The notes: a model not told the origin generated them from the letters alone. Positions 17,284 to 27,665 are shown, numbered from the stretch's first letter. The stretch: DNA of 56,210 bases from Chloroflexota bacterium (GCA_039931975.1 JBDTQW010000004.1:1-56210), one strand, 5' to 3'. Program-made: numbers and translations.

Positions 17284-18198
17284 GTGCCATCCGTCCGTCT
17301 TGGCCCGGGTCCGGCGTCCCGGATCGACGTCCGCAAGACCTACAAGCTGTACATCGGCGGGGCGTTTCCGCGGAGCGAGTCGGGCCGGACCTACGTGGTC
17401 GAGACCCCCGGTGGCGAGCCGCTGGCCAATGCCTGTCGTGCTTCGCGGAAGGACGTGCGCGACGCCGTCCGTGCCGCCCGTGCCGCCTTCCAGCCGTGGG
17501 CAGCCCGGTCGGCCATGAACCGCGGCCAGATCCTGTACCGGGTAGCCGAGCTGATGGAGGGCCGGCGCGATCAGTTCGTGACCGAGGTCGCGGCGGGGGA
17601 GGGGCTCAGCACGGGTCGCGCCCGGACCGTCGTCGAGGCGGCCATCGACCGCTGGGTGTGGTACGCGGGCTGGGCGGACAAGCTCGGCCAGGTCCTGGGC
17701 AACTCCAACCCCGTGGCCGGCTCGTACTTCAACTTCACCATCCCCGAGCCGACCGGGGTCGTCGGCATCGTGGCCCCCGAACGTTCGTCGTTGCTCGGCC
17801 TGGTCAGCCGGCTCGCCCCGGCCCTGGCCGGCGGCAACGTCAGCGTGGTCATCGCGTCGGAGACCCGGCCGCTGGCTGCGGTCACCCTGACCGAGGTGCT
17901 GGCCACCTCGGACGTCCCCAGCGGAGTCGTCAACCTGCTGACCGGCCTCAAGGACGAGCTCGTGCCGGTGCTGGCCGCTCACGTGGACGTGGATGCGGTC
18001 GACACATGGGGGATCGACCCGGCGGCGCAGGCCGAGGTCGAGCGGGCTGCCGCAGACAGCGTCAAGCGGCTGGCTCGCCGGCCGCGTGGGGTCGTCGACG
18101 AGCGGTTCGACTGGGCCGACGATCGTGCCGCCCAGCGCCCGGAGTGGATCGCCGCCTTCCTCGAGATGAAGACGGTCTGGCACCCGATCGGCGCCTGA
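17284..18198 (+). CDS. Short aldehyde dehydrogenase-family protein (no catalytic Cys domain)
   Basis: VRKTYKLYIGGAFPRSESGR, ASRKDVRDAV, WYAGWADK, EPTGVVG, GVVNLLTG, EMKTVWHPIG. Lacks ELGGK and the Cys motif. GTG start 1 nt after the ALDH stop. Confidence 0.9.
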   Translation: MPSVRLGPGPASRIDVRKTYKLYIGGAFPRSESGRTYVVETPGGEPLANACRASRKDVRDAVRAARAAFQPWAARSAMNRGQILYRVAELMEGRRDQFVTEVAAGEGLSTGRARTVVEAAIDRWVWYAGWADKLGQVLGNSNPVAGSYFNFTIPEPTGVVGIVAPERSSLLGLVSRLAPALAGGNVSVVIASETRPLAAVTLTEVLATSDVPSGVVNLLTGLKDELVPVLAAHVDVDAVDTWGIDPAAQAEVERAAADSVKRLARRPRGVVDERFDWADDRAAQRPEWIAAFLEMKTVWHPIGA

Positions 18199-18214
18199 CC
18201 CGCCTCCCACGTTC

Positions 18215-18667
18215 GTGACCGCAGCCGGACGCGTCGAGCGGCGCACCTACGTCAAGGCGGATCCGCGGGCCGTCTGGGCGACGCTCCACGACCCCGCGGC
18301 ACAGGACGTCCTCTACCCGGAGCTCAAGCTCGGCCAGCCCGCCCCCAGCTGGCCGGCCGCCGGCGCCACGCGTCCCGCCCGGTTCCGCCTCGGCCTGCTC
18401 CGGAGCAGCGTCCGGCTGGAGAGCCTCGAGGCCCGGCCCGAGGCGCGCTTCCGGACGATCCTCGTCGGCGACGGTATCCGGCTCGAGCGGTCGTGGACGA
18501 TCGAACCGGGGGCCGGCGGCGGGACCCGGGTGGTTGCCGCGGCGGACCTCTGGACCGGCGGCCGCTGGGTCGGGATCCTCGTCCGGCTGGGGCGAGGGTC
18601 GGCGGCCACCCTGATCGAGACGAACCTGCGGATCCTCAAGGAGATGGCCGAGGGCGGCGCGCGCTGA
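18215..18667 (+). CDS. SRPBCC/polyketide cyclase-like protein
   Basis: VKADPRAVWATLHD N-terminus, WTIEP..GGTRV, C-terminal helix NLRILKEMAE. Confidence 0.7.
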   Translation: MTAAGRVERRTYVKADPRAVWATLHDPAAQDVLYPELKLGQPAPSWPAAGATRPARFRLGLLRSSVRLESLEARPEARFRTILVGDGIRLERSWTIEPGAGGGTRVVAAADLWTGGRWVGILVRLGRGSAATLIETNLRILKEMAEGGAR

Positions 18668-19578
18668 TGGCGCCCGCCGTCGTGGTGCTGCTCATCGGCG
18701 CCGCGATCCTCCACGCCGGCTGGAACATCCTGCTCAAGACCGCCGAGGATCCGCTCCGGATGGCCGGCCGGGGCATGGTGGTCGGGGCGGGGGTGCTCAT
18801 CCCGGCCGCGCTCGTCGGCTGGTTGGTCGTCGGTCGTCCTCCGATCCCAGCCGAGGCATGGACCCTGGCCCTCATCTCCGGTCTGATCGAGGCGCTCTAC
18901 TTCGCGCTCCTGTCGGCGGCGTACGCTCGGGGCGACCTCTCGCTTGTATACCCCATCGCCCGCGGGACCGCGCCCGTGCTCGCGGTCGCCATCGGGATCG
19001 TCTTCCTTGGCGAGCGCCTGGGCCCGGTCGCCGGCGTCGGGGTGGCCCTGCTGCTGGTGGGCATCGTGTTCCTCCAGCGTCCGTGGGCGATCCTCGGCGG
19101 GTCGGCCGGCATGACTCCCCGGGCGCGCCAGGCGGCCTGGCTGGCCGTGGCGACGGGCGTGACCATCGCGGCCTACTCGGCGGTCGACCGGCTCGGGGTC
19201 CAGCTCGTCGCTCCGTGGCTCTACGCGGCACTGATCTGGGGCTTCACCGCCGTGTTCCTGCTCGGCGGGATCGCCATCGTCGACCGGCGCCAGCGACACG
19301 ACCCTGGCCTCCCGGCGGAGCCGGCCGCCGTCACCGGCTGGGGTCGCGCCGCGGTCGGCGGACTGGTCACCGTCACGGCCTACCTGTTCGTGCTGGTGGC
19401 CCTCGCCAATGCCCCGCTGTCGGCCGTCGCGCCGGTTCGCGAATCGGCCATCGTCCTGGTCTCGGGCTGGGGCTCGTTCCGGCTCGGTGAAGCCGCCACC
19501 CGGCGGACGGCCGTTGCCCGGCTGACGGCCGCCGCGGTCATCGTCGTCGGCGCGATCCTGCTCGCCCTGGGGCGCTGA
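18667..19578 (+). CDS. EamA/DMT transporter
   Basis: AAILHAGWNILLK, AYARGDLSLVYPIARG, LGERL, IAAYSAVD, VAPVRESAIV. Start ATG 18667 (TGATG overlap). Confidence 0.9.
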   Translation: MAPAVVVLLIGAAILHAGWNILLKTAEDPLRMAGRGMVVGAGVLIPAALVGWLVVGRPPIPAEAWTLALISGLIEALYFALLSAAYARGDLSLVYPIARGTAPVLAVAIGIVFLGERLGPVAGVGVALLLVGIVFLQRPWAILGGSAGMTPRARQAAWLAVATGVTIAAYSAVDRLGVQLVAPWLYAALIWGFTAVFLLGGIAIVDRRQRHDPGLPAEPAAVTGWGRAAVGGLVTVTAYLFVLVALANAPLSAVAPVRESAIVLVSGWGSFRLGEAATRRTAVARLTAAAVIVVGAILLALGR

Positions 19579-19599
19579 CCCGAACCTCGGGCCGGGCCG

Positions 19600-20556
19600 T
19601 CAGTCCTGGGTCAGCTGGGCGGCCTGTGCGGGTCCCTCGTCCGCGATCACAGGCCGCCCGTAGATCGTTCGGGACGCGCGACGACTGTTCACCAGTCCGA
19701 CCCCGGCCAGGATGATCGCCGCCCCGATGACCGTCCGGATGTCGATCCCCTCGTTCAGCACGAGGACGCCCAGGACGATCCCGACGATCGGCATGACATA
19801 GGTGATCAACGAGATCCGGGTCGGGCCCAGGACGTGGACCAGCCGGAAATAGATCAGGTACGCCAGCGACGACCCGAACACGCCCAGCCAGACCAGCGCG
19901 AACCAGCTCCGGGCGTCGCCGGGCAGCCGGATCGGCGTCTCGAACAGCAGGACCAGGACCGAGATCATCAGCAGGGCGATCGACACCTGAAAGAACGCGG
20001 GCACGGTCGGGTGGAAGCCCTGCATCCGGACCCGCACGAAGACGCCGCCCAGGGCGTAGGACAGCGACGAGAGGACGAGCGCGATCTCGCCCTGCAGCGA
20101 ATCGCCCCGGCCTCCGCTCAGGCCGTGGCTGAACAGGACGACCACCCCGCCGAAGCCGATGATTAGGCCCACCAGGCGTTTGACGGTAATGGCCTCCTCG
20201 GCCAGCGCCAGCGAGGCGATGACGATGGTGAACAGCGGCGTCGTCGCCTGGAGGATCGCGGCCAGCGACGAATCGATGTACTGCTCGCCCCAGGTGATGA
20301 GGCTGAACGGGACGACGATGTTGAACACCGCCATGAACACGAGCTTGGCGTAGGTCCCCCGGTCACGCGGCACTGGGGCCCGGATCACGATCAGCGCCGC
20401 GCCCAGGACCAGCGATCCGAAAAACAGCCGACCGGCGATCAGGGTGAACGGCTGGAGCGTCTCCACGCCGATCTTGATGAACAGGTAGCTGCTGCCCCAG
20501 AACAGGGAGATGAGGCCGAAGAGGAACCAGTCGCGGGTCGTGGGGCGGGTCGACAC
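19600..20556 (-). CDS. EamA/DMT transporter
   Basis: LFWGSSYLFIKIG, WGEQYIDSSLAAIL, AYLIYFRL, LGVLVLNE. Start GTG 20556 (TATGAT 7 nt upstream) or ATG 20565/20568. Confidence 0.9.
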   Translation of the reverse strand: MSTRPTTRDWFLFGLISLFWGSSYLFIKIGVETLQPFTLIAGRLFFGSLVLGAALIVIRAPVPRDRGTYAKLVFMAVFNIVVPFSLITWGEQYIDSSLAAILQATTPLFTIVIASLALAEEAITVKRLVGLIIGFGGVVVLFSHGLSGGRGDSLQGEIALVLSSLSYALGGVFVRVRMQGFHPTVPAFFQVSIALLMISVLVLLFETPIRLPGDARSWFALVWLGVFGSSLAYLIYFRLVHVLGPTRISLITYVMPIVGIVLGVLVLNEGIDIRTVIGAAIILAGVGLVNSRRASRTIYGRPVIADEGPAQAAQLTQD

Positions 20557-20677
20557 GACGCGCATCATACCGGGTATTGGCCTAGGCAGATAGGCCAACC
20601 GGGCCAGGGTCAGCTGAGCCGTGCCCGCTCGGGCGTCGCTCGCCCGCTACGATGGCGGCTCACTGGACGGAGGGACG

Positions 20678-22135
20678 ATGAAGGTCTGGGGCGGGCGGTT
20701 CTCGGGCGACTCGGACCAGGCCATGGCCGACTTCACGAGCTCGATCGGGGTCGACGCCGCGCTCGCCGTGGACGACATCGTCGGGTCCGTCGCCCATGTC
20801 CACGGGCTCGGACGCGCCGGTCTGCTGAGCGCCGAGGAGGTCGCGGCGCTGGTCGCCGGGCTCGATGCGCTGCGGGCCGAGGTGGAAGCCGGGACGTTCG
20901 CCTGGGACCCGGCCCTCGAGGACGTCCACCTCAACCTCGAGGCCGCCCTGGCGGCGCGGATCGGGGCCCTGGCCGGCAAGCTCCATACGGGACGGTCGCG
21001 CAACGACCAGGTCGCGACCGACCTGCGGTTGTGGCTGCGCCGGACCACCGACCGGATCGATGCCGCGGTTCTTGGGCTCGAGCGGGCGCTGGTGGGGCTG
21101 GCCGAGCGCGACGGCGACGCGGTCCTGCCGGGAACCACCCATATCCAGCCAGCCCAACCGGTCCTGCTGGCTCATCACCTGCTGGCCTACGTCGAGATGC
21201 TCGAGCGCGATCGAGGCCGGCTCGCCGACGCTCGTCGACGGGCCAATCTCTCGCCCCTCGGCGCGGGAGCCCTGGCCGGCGCGGGGTATCCCCTCGACCG
21301 CGAGGAGACGGCCCGAGAGCTAGGCTTCGACGGGGCGACCGCGAACTCCCTGGACGCCGTCTCGGATCGCGACTTCGTCGTGGAGTTCGTGGCCGCCGCC
21401 GCACTATCAATGGTCCACCTCAGCCGGTTCGCCGAGGAGCTGATCTGGTGGTCGAATCCGCGATTCGGCTTCGTCCGCCTGGCCGACGCCTACTCGACCG
21501 GCAGCTCGATGATGCCGAACAAGAAGAACCCCGACCCAGCCGAGCTCATCCGCGGCCGCGCCGCCCGGGTGATCGGATCGCTGACCGGTCTGCTGGCCCT
21601 GCTCAAGGGACTGCCCCTGGCCTACCAGCGCGATCTCCAGGAGGACAAGGCGCCGCTGTTCGAGACGGGCGCGACGCTCGAAGCCTCGCTCGGGATCATG
21701 ACCGGGATCGTCGCGACCCTGGAGGTCGACCGCGAGCGGATGCGCCAGGCGGCCGCAGAGGGCTTCACGACGGCGACCGCGGTGGCCGATTCGCTGGTTC
21801 GGCGCGGCGTCCCGTTCCGCGCCGCCCATCACGTGGTCGGCGGCCTGGTGGCCGAGGCGGAGCGATCCGACGTAGGGCTCGAGGCACTGTCCGACGGGGC
21901 GATCGCGGCGGCGCTCGCTGCCTCCGACGACTCCACGGCCGCGGGCCTGGCGGTCGAGCCCGGGATCGGCCCGGCGCTCCGGACGGCCGCCGGCGTCGGG
22001 GCAGCGCTGGCAGCCTGCGACGTGATCGGCGGGACCGCTCCCGATCGCGTGGCAGCGGCCCTGGCGGCGGCGCGCGCCCGGCTCGATGCTGCGCGCGACC
22101 CGCCCGACGACTCCCGCTCGGCGCGGACGCCGTAG
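20678..22135 (+). CDS. argH: Argininosuccinate lyase
   Basis: WGGRF, EDVH, KLHTGRSRNDQVATD, STGSSMMPNKKNPD, YQRDLQEDK, GVPFRAAH. ATG 20678 with GGAGGG SD. Confidence 0.96.
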   Translation: MKVWGGRFSGDSDQAMADFTSSIGVDAALAVDDIVGSVAHVHGLGRAGLLSAEEVAALVAGLDALRAEVEAGTFAWDPALEDVHLNLEAALAARIGALAGKLHTGRSRNDQVATDLRLWLRRTTDRIDAAVLGLERALVGLAERDGDAVLPGTTHIQPAQPVLLAHHLLAYVEMLERDRGRLADARRRANLSPLGAGALAGAGYPLDREETARELGFDGATANSLDAVSDRDFVVEFVAAAALSMVHLSRFAEELIWWSNPRFGFVRLADAYSTGSSMMPNKKNPDPAELIRGRAARVIGSLTGLLALLKGLPLAYQRDLQEDKAPLFETGATLEASLGIMTGIVATLEVDRERMRQAAAEGFTTATAVADSLVRRGVPFRAAHHVVGGLVAEAERSDVGLEALSDGAIAAALAASDDSTAAGLAVEPGIGPALRTAAGVGAALAACDVIGGTAPDRVAAALAAARARLDAARDPPDDSRSARTP

Positions 22136-22166
22136 CCGGCGGACCCGCCGCTCCGTCCGCCCGGGA

Positions 22167-23075
22167 TCAGAGCTCGGTCGTCGAGCAGATCGCGATGTCG
22201 CGGACGAGGTGCGGGTCGCGCGCCCAGGCGCGGGCCAGGATCACGTGGAAGGTCGCGTCGGTCCGGCCGTGGGGCAGCTCGATCGTCGGCAGGTGCGTCG
22301 CTGGGATCTCGCCCTGGAACCCGATGACCTGCGATGTGCCACCGAACGGTCCCGGGCCGGCCAGTCGACCAATCCACAGGGTCAGCTCCTCGTCGAGGCC
22401 ACTCGAGACCGTCGCCTGGACCTTTACCCGGATCTCGACGCGGACCTCCTGGAGGTCGAGCTGGCCGTTCGTCTCGATGGTCAGGCGGCCGTCGATCGGC
22501 GCACCGACGCAGATCGGCATCGGCCTGATCTCGACGCTCGCGCGCGCCTCGTCGGTGGCCGAATCGGCCGCCTCGTACAGCGCGAACTCCTCGACCCGGA
22601 CGACGCCGGCCCGGAGGAGCGCCGTCGGCTGGAGGACCGTGACCGGCACGACGATCGCCGAATCGAACTCGCCGGGACGGTCCAGCTTGATCTCGAGGTC
22701 CCAGGTCAGCCGGCTGACCTTGGCCTCGAGCGTGGCCGGGCCGAGCGGGGGGACCGGGATCTCGAAGGGGAACTCGCGTCGTTCCCCGGGGTCGAGGCTG
22801 AGCTGGCCGGCCAGCTGGACCGGTAGCCGCCGGAGCTCCTCGGTCTTGGTGACCGTGTGCGTGCTCGAGTGTCCCTGGCCGTCGCTGGTCGTCTCCTCGA
22901 ACTGCCACTGTTCGGTGGCGATGAGTGCCGCGATCACCCCGCGTCCATCGGTGCCTTGCGGGGCGACGAGCGCGACGGAGCCGGTGGCCGTCGTCCCGGG
23001 AAGGAGGCCGGCGCGGGCGAGGCTGAGCTCCCAGTCGACCCCGTGGCTGCTCGTTCGGGCGTGGATGGACGTCAC
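22167..23075 (-). CDS. SpoOM/arrestin-like two-beta-sandwich protein
   Basis: Beta-rich, with an arrestin-N-like pattern (LLPGTTATGSV...LDPGERREFPFEIP...WDLEIKLD) occurring twice. Family call is tentative. Confidence 0.6.
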   Translation of the reverse strand: MTSIHARTSSHGVDWELSLARAGLLPGTTATGSVALVAPQGTDGRGVIAALIATEQWQFEETTSDGQGHSSTHTVTKTEELRRLPVQLAGQLSLDPGERREFPFEIPVPPLGPATLEAKVSRLTWDLEIKLDRPGEFDSAIVVPVTVLQPTALLRAGVVRVEEFALYEAADSATDEARASVEIRPMPICVGAPIDGRLTIETNGQLDLQEVRVEIRVKVQATVSSGLDEELTLWIGRLAGPGPFGGTSQVIGFQGEIPATHLPTIELPHGRTDATFHVILARAWARDPHLVRDIAICSTTEL

Positions 23076-23160
23076 AGCGGCCGGTTTCAGCCTTCCATCG
23101 CGCGAGGTTCGCTCCTTGCCCGTCGCGTGATGACGACGAGCGCGGAACGGTCGGTCGGAG

Positions 23161-26058
23161 TTACTCGAAGTAGCCCGACAGGTCGAGGATGAGGTGGGTC
23201 GTCCTGCCCGGGGACGACTTGTACACGAACGACGATTCGCCAGTGACGTTGAGCGGGGCGACGATGCCGTTGGCCAGCGTGTCGCCCATTGGGAAGTTGA
23301 TCGTGGAGGTAGCCGGAATGGGCTCCGGGTCGGGTGTGGCCGACACGAACCCGCCGGCGGTCTGACCGGTCACGGTGAGGTTGCCGGTGACGGCCACCGC
23401 GCTGGCCGGCGCGCCCCAGTGGCCCTGGACATCGAGGGTCTTGGGGGATCCCGAAGTGAACGCGCCGGTGACGCCGGACAGGGCCACTCCGGGCCGGCTG
23501 TCCATGATCCGCGACGGGTTCAGCGGGACGAACTTCAGGCCGAGGATCCCGTCCTCGAAGTAACCGGTCACGTCGAGCAAGAAGTGGCTCGTCGCCCCGG
23601 CGGCGGACTTGTACACGATCCAGAGCGAACCGTCCGTGTCGAGCGGGGCGAAGACCCCATTGGCCCTAACGGCGCCCGCGGGGAAGTTGATGGTCGAGGT
23701 GGTCGGGCTGTTGTTCAGGGTCTTGGTGACCGACGCGAAGCCGGCCTTGCTCGGGCCGACCACCGTCAGGTTGCCCGTGATCGCCGTTGCGGTCAGGGGA
23801 ACGGGACCGAGGGCGGAGCCGATCTGGAGTTTGCGTGCCGTGCTCGACACGAACTTGCCGGTCAGGCCGGCGCCCGTGCGGGTGTCCAGGGCGCGGAAGG
23901 GGGTCACCGGGGTGAACGTCCCGCCCGTGTTGTCGGCCAGGAAGTAGCCGGTCACGTCGAACAGCAGGTGGGTCTTCTTGCCCGTTGCGCCCTTGAAGGT
24001 GGCCGACAGGCGACCGGCCGGGGAGAGGGCGGTCGTGACGTTGTTGGCCCGGGTCTCGCCGACCGGGAAGTTGATCGTGGATGACGGCGGGGTGTTGGTC
24101 GAGGTCACGGTCACCGACACGAAGCCGCTGGAGGTCTGGCCGACCACCGTGACGTTGCCGGTCACGGCAACCGCCTCGGCGGGAATCCCCAGGACCCCGG
24201 CCACCTGCCAGGACCGGGCATTGCTCGAGGTGAACATCCCGGTCAGGCCCGTGCCGACTCGTGTGTCGAGGACCCGCACAGGGGCGACCGGGACGTATGT
24301 CGTTCCGTCGGTCTGGAGGCGTGAGATCTTGGTGACCCAGCCCGTAGCCCCGGCCGAACCTTCATTGCCGTCCCAGGCCTGGTTCGGGACCTGGGGATCC
24401 TGGGCCACGCCGACGTAATCGCCCCAGCGGGTGCCCGGGTATGTCCCGGCGCCGCCGGCCAGGTTCTGTTCTGCGCTGACCGAGTTCAAGGGGTCGCCCA
24501 GGAGCTGATGGCGGGTCCTTGCCACGGGATAGTCGGTGGCGATATTGGAGGAGCGGGTGTAGGCGACATGGAGCGTGCCGTCGCCGGACAGCCCGACCCC
24601 ACCCATGTAGATGTCCCTGCCGATCTCGGTGACCAGGAAGTCTTGCCTGAGGGTGGCGGTGTCGTTCGCCCCCGTCCCCACGGTCGAGGTGTCGAGCTCG
24701 GTGACCCGGACGCAATCGCGCAGGGCCGTGTCGGTCGCGGGCGTGCAACCGGCGGTGGAGACGAGGACCAGCCGGTTACCCTGCCAGATCGCATCGGTCG
24801 GCCGGGAGTCGACGGCATCGACGATGGTCCCGGGGCTACCGGGCTGGCGCGGCGGGATCGGATCGACGAAGCCGCTCACAAGGGGATATTCGTCAGTCAG
24901 GTTGTCGATCCGCTCGAACTTCAGGATCCCGGTGGCCGAGCCGACGACGGTCAGGTGGCCGAGCCCGGTCGTGCCGGTACCGAAGTCGTACTGGATCACG
25001 ATGTGCATCCGGCTGCTGGTTGCCGGGACCTGCACGGCAACCCGAGGCGTGAACCAATGCATCACCGCCGGGAGATTGCTGAGGTCAGTTGCCGGAAAGA
25101 ACGCCTCGCGGGGCGTCAACGTGCCGAGGTTGAGGACATCGGCCCAGTCCAGGACGACCACGTCGCCGCCGGCGTAGGTCGAGCCCGCCAGGCAGTCGGC
25201 GCCTGCTGCCATGTCCAACATGTTGCTTGCGAACCCGATCTTGTCCGTGGTCGTGCCCGGCGCAGGGTAGTCCGGCAGCTGATCATTGAAGGTGATGAAG
25301 CCCTGGTCCCACGTGCCGGTCGGGTCGGTCGTGCGGGAGACCGCGAAGTCGAGATAGCCATGGCCGAAGTCAGCGCCCGGGCCGACGGGGTCCGGAAAGC
25401 AATCCCAGCTCACCTCGGTCGCCAGCCAGCGGCCGTGGAGGCTGTCATAGATCACGTGCGGATCCGAATCGAAGAATCCTGGCGCCGGCAGCTGGAAGAA
25501 ATCGGGCAGCGCCACGTCGAGTACGGCCATGGTTCCCTGACGATCCGTGATCCGGATGGCCAGGTTGACGGCCTGGACGATGTGCTCCGGGCCGACCGCC
25601 ACCCACGGGTCGGGCGGCTCGCCGGCCGTCGCAGCGCTGCTCGTCTGGGCCAAGCCGTCGAAACTCGACTTGAAGGCAGTTGGATGACCGTTGCTGGTCG
25701 CCTCGACCGGGGCAGGAGGGACCGCCAGCACTGTCTTGGGGCCGCCCGAGGGCGTCGTCCCGCGTGTCGATGCTTCGGGGCTGAGGAACGGCGGTGTTCG
25801 ATGCTGGCGGACGGTTGGCTTTTTCGCGGCGAGCTGGCGCACGTTCACCGACGGGCGCACGCCCGCAGGACGGGTCGTGAACTTCGGAGCATTTGCCAGT
25901 CGCTTCGCGGGGGCGGCCGGATCCGTCCCACCGGACGTGGCGGACGCATTGGCGGATCCGCGTCGAACGGCGAGTGCGCCGGCCGAGGCCGTCGCCACGA
26001 GGACCAGCGCGATGGCCAGCGAAACGCTGGATCGGAGCGTCGAACGACGCAATGCCAT
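23161..26058 (-). CDS. Large secreted/surface protein (~965 aa) with a propeller-like domain and three C-terminal ~125-aa repeats
   Basis: Start ATG 26058 (MALRRSTLRSSVSLAIALVLVATASAGA, signal-peptide-like). PPDPWVAVGP, DSDPHVIYD, PDYP, RWGDY motifs. Repeats of the form PxxPxRxLDTR...HxLxDxxGYF. Confidence 0.85.
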   Translation of the reverse strand: MALRRSTLRSSVSLAIALVLVATASAGALAVRRGSANASATSGGTDPAAPAKRLANAPKFTTRPAGVRPSVNVRQLAAKKPTVRQHRTPPFLSPEASTRGTTPSGGPKTVLAVPPAPVEATSNGHPTAFKSSFDGLAQTSSAATAGEPPDPWVAVGPEHIVQAVNLAIRITDRQGTMAVLDVALPDFFQLPAPGFFDSDPHVIYDSLHGRWLATEVSWDCFPDPVGPGADFGHGYLDFAVSRTTDPTGTWDQGFITFNDQLPDYPAPGTTTDKIGFASNMLDMAAGADCLAGSTYAGGDVVVLDWADVLNLGTLTPREAFFPATDLSNLPAVMHWFTPRVAVQVPATSSRMHIVIQYDFGTGTTGLGHLTVVGSATGILKFERIDNLTDEYPLVSGFVDPIPPRQPGSPGTIVDAVDSRPTDAIWQGNRLVLVSTAGCTPATDTALRDCVRVTELDTSTVGTGANDTATLRQDFLVTEIGRDIYMGGVGLSGDGTLHVAYTRSSNIATDYPVARTRHQLLGDPLNSVSAEQNLAGGAGTYPGTRWGDYVGVAQDPQVPNQAWDGNEGSAGATGWVTKISRLQTDGTTYVPVAPVRVLDTRVGTGLTGMFTSSNARSWQVAGVLGIPAEAVAVTGNVTVVGQTSSGFVSVTVTSTNTPPSSTINFPVGETRANNVTTALSPAGRLSATFKGATGKKTHLLFDVTGYFLADNTGGTFTPVTPFRALDTRTGAGLTGKFVSSTARKLQIGSALGPVPLTATAITGNLTVVGPSKAGFASVTKTLNNSPTTSTINFPAGAVRANGVFAPLDTDGSLWIVYKSAAGATSHFLLDVTGYFEDGILGLKFVPLNPSRIMDSRPGVALSGVTGAFTSGSPKTLDVQGHWGAPASAVAVTGNLTVTGQTAGGFVSATPDPEPIPATSTINFPMGDTLANGIVAPLNVTGESSFVYKSSPGRTTHLILDLSGYFE

Positions 26059-26256
26059 GTCCCATTCCCCTCTTAACCTTGGGCGCACTGTCGATCGCCT
26101 TGGCGACCCCGATGCCGCCGCGACGGTATCACGCCTTTCACGCTCCGAAACGCTTGGCGGCGCATCTCCGGTGCGTAGCGTTGCCAGGAAATCGTCCCGG
26201 ATCAGGACGCCGACCGGTTCACCTTCGCCCTCGTCCCGACGGGTACGATGGCCGTC

Positions 26257-27348
26257 ATGACCATCCCGCTCGAGACCATCCGTCGCGCGCCCAAGGTGCT
26301 CCTGCACGACCACCTCGATGGCGGCCTGCGACCGCTGACGATCGTCGAGCTCGCGGCCGAGACCGGCTATGACGGCCTGCCCGTGACCGACGCCGAGGAG
26401 CTCGCCGCCTGGATCCGGCGCGGCGCCGATCGCAAGTCGCTCGAGCTCTACCTCGAGACCTTCGCCCACACCGTCGGCGTGATGCAGACGCCGGCCGCGA
26501 TCACCCGGGTCGCCGCCGAGTGCGCCGAGGACCTGGCCGCCGACGGGGTCGTCTACGCCGAGGTCCGCTACGCGCCGGAGCTGTCGACCGGCGGCGGGAT
26601 GACCTTGGATGCCGTGGTCGAGGCCACGATCGCGGGGTTCCGGATCGGGATGGAGCGCGCCGCCGCCGCCGGTCGCCCGATCGTCGTCCGCTCGCTGGCG
26701 ACCGCGATGCGCCAGTTCGATCGGGCGCTCGAGATCGCCGAGCTCGCCCTCCGCCATCGCGACGAGGGGGTCATCGGGTTCGACATCGCCGGTCCCGAGG
26801 CGGGCTACCCGCCGGGTCGCTTCGCCGACGCGTTCCACCGGCTCGTCCATGCCAGCTTCCATCTGACGCTCCACGCCGGCGAGGGGTACGGGCTGCCGTC
26901 GATCCGCGAGGCGCTCGACCTCGGCGCCGAGCGGCTGGGCCACGGCGTGCGGATCGTCGACGACATCGCGGTCGACGAGCGCGGTCGGGCCCAGCTCGGC
27001 CGATTGGCGGCGTACGTCCGCGATCGCCGGATCCCGCTCGAGCTCTGCCCGACGTCGAACGTCCACACCGGCCTGGCCGCGTCGATCGCCGACCATCCGA
27101 TCGACCTGCTGCGCCGGCTCCGCTTCCGGGTCACGGTCAACACCGACAACCGACTGATGAGCGACGTGACCCTCTCGAGCGAGTTCGCGGCACTCGACGC
27201 GGCATTCGGGATCGGGCTCGGCGAGATGGAGTGGCTGACCCTCAATGCGATCAAGTCCGCGTTCCTGCCCTTCGACGAGCGCCTGCGCCTCATCGACGAG
27301 GTCATCAAGCCCGGCTACGCGCGATTGCGTCGCGAGGCCGCGGGGTAG
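26257..27348 (+). CDS. add: Adenosine deaminase
   Basis: [58 protein letters not shown] 26257 with TACGAT 7 nt upstream (alternative start 26248). Confidence 0.95.
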   Translation: MTIPLETIRRAPKVLLHDHLDGGLRPLTIVELAAETGYDGLPVTDAEELAAWIRRGADRKSLELYLETFAHTVGVMQTPAAITRVAAECAEDLAADGVVYAEVRYAPELSTGGGMTLDAVVEATIAGFRIGMERAAAAGRPIVVRSLATAMRQFDRALEIAELALRHRDEGVIGFDIAGPEAGYPPGRFADAFHRLVHASFHLTLHAGEGYGLPSIREALDLGAERLGHGVRIVDDIAVDERGRAQLGRLAAYVRDRRIPLELCPTSNVHTGLAASIADHPIDLLRRLRFRVTVNTDNRLMSDVTLSSEFAALDAAFGIGLGEMEWLTLNAIKSAFLPFDERLRLIDEVIKPGYARLRREAAG

Positions 27349-27363
27349 AGGTACGGTGTCCAG

Positions 27364-27585
27364 ATGACCAAACGGAGCAAGACCCGAACGGAGCCATCGG
27401 CTGAGGTCGAGCCCCGCCCGGACGACGGTCCGGTCGACGACACCGTTGCCCTTGGCAAGGTCGCAGGCGATCAGGCCGCGAGCGGGCTCGCGCAGGGCCT
27501 CGCCTGGCCGCTCATCGTCTACGCCGTGGCTCGGGCGATCGGTGCCTTCGGGCGGTACCTCCGCGGCGGCAGGCGACTCCGTTAG
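27364..27585 (+). CDS. Small hypothetical protein, one C-terminal hydrophobic helix
   Basis: 73-aa ORF filling the gap after add, with GAGG upstream. No family motif recognised. Confidence 0.5.
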   Translation: MTKRSKTRTEPSAEVEPRPDDGPVDDTVALGKVAGDQAASGLAQGLAWPLIVYAVARAIGAFGRYLRGGRRLR

Positions 27586-27665
27586 CCGACGACCGTCGAC
27601 TCGCCGGTACGGCTCGTGTACCGTGCCTCAATGACCAGACGGCGCAGGCGCGGAGGGTCGCGGCG

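Noticed and set aside
26059-27096. Apparent N-terminal extension making a 1311-aa protein
   Set aside because: It is antisense to add. The signal peptide begins at ATG 26058.
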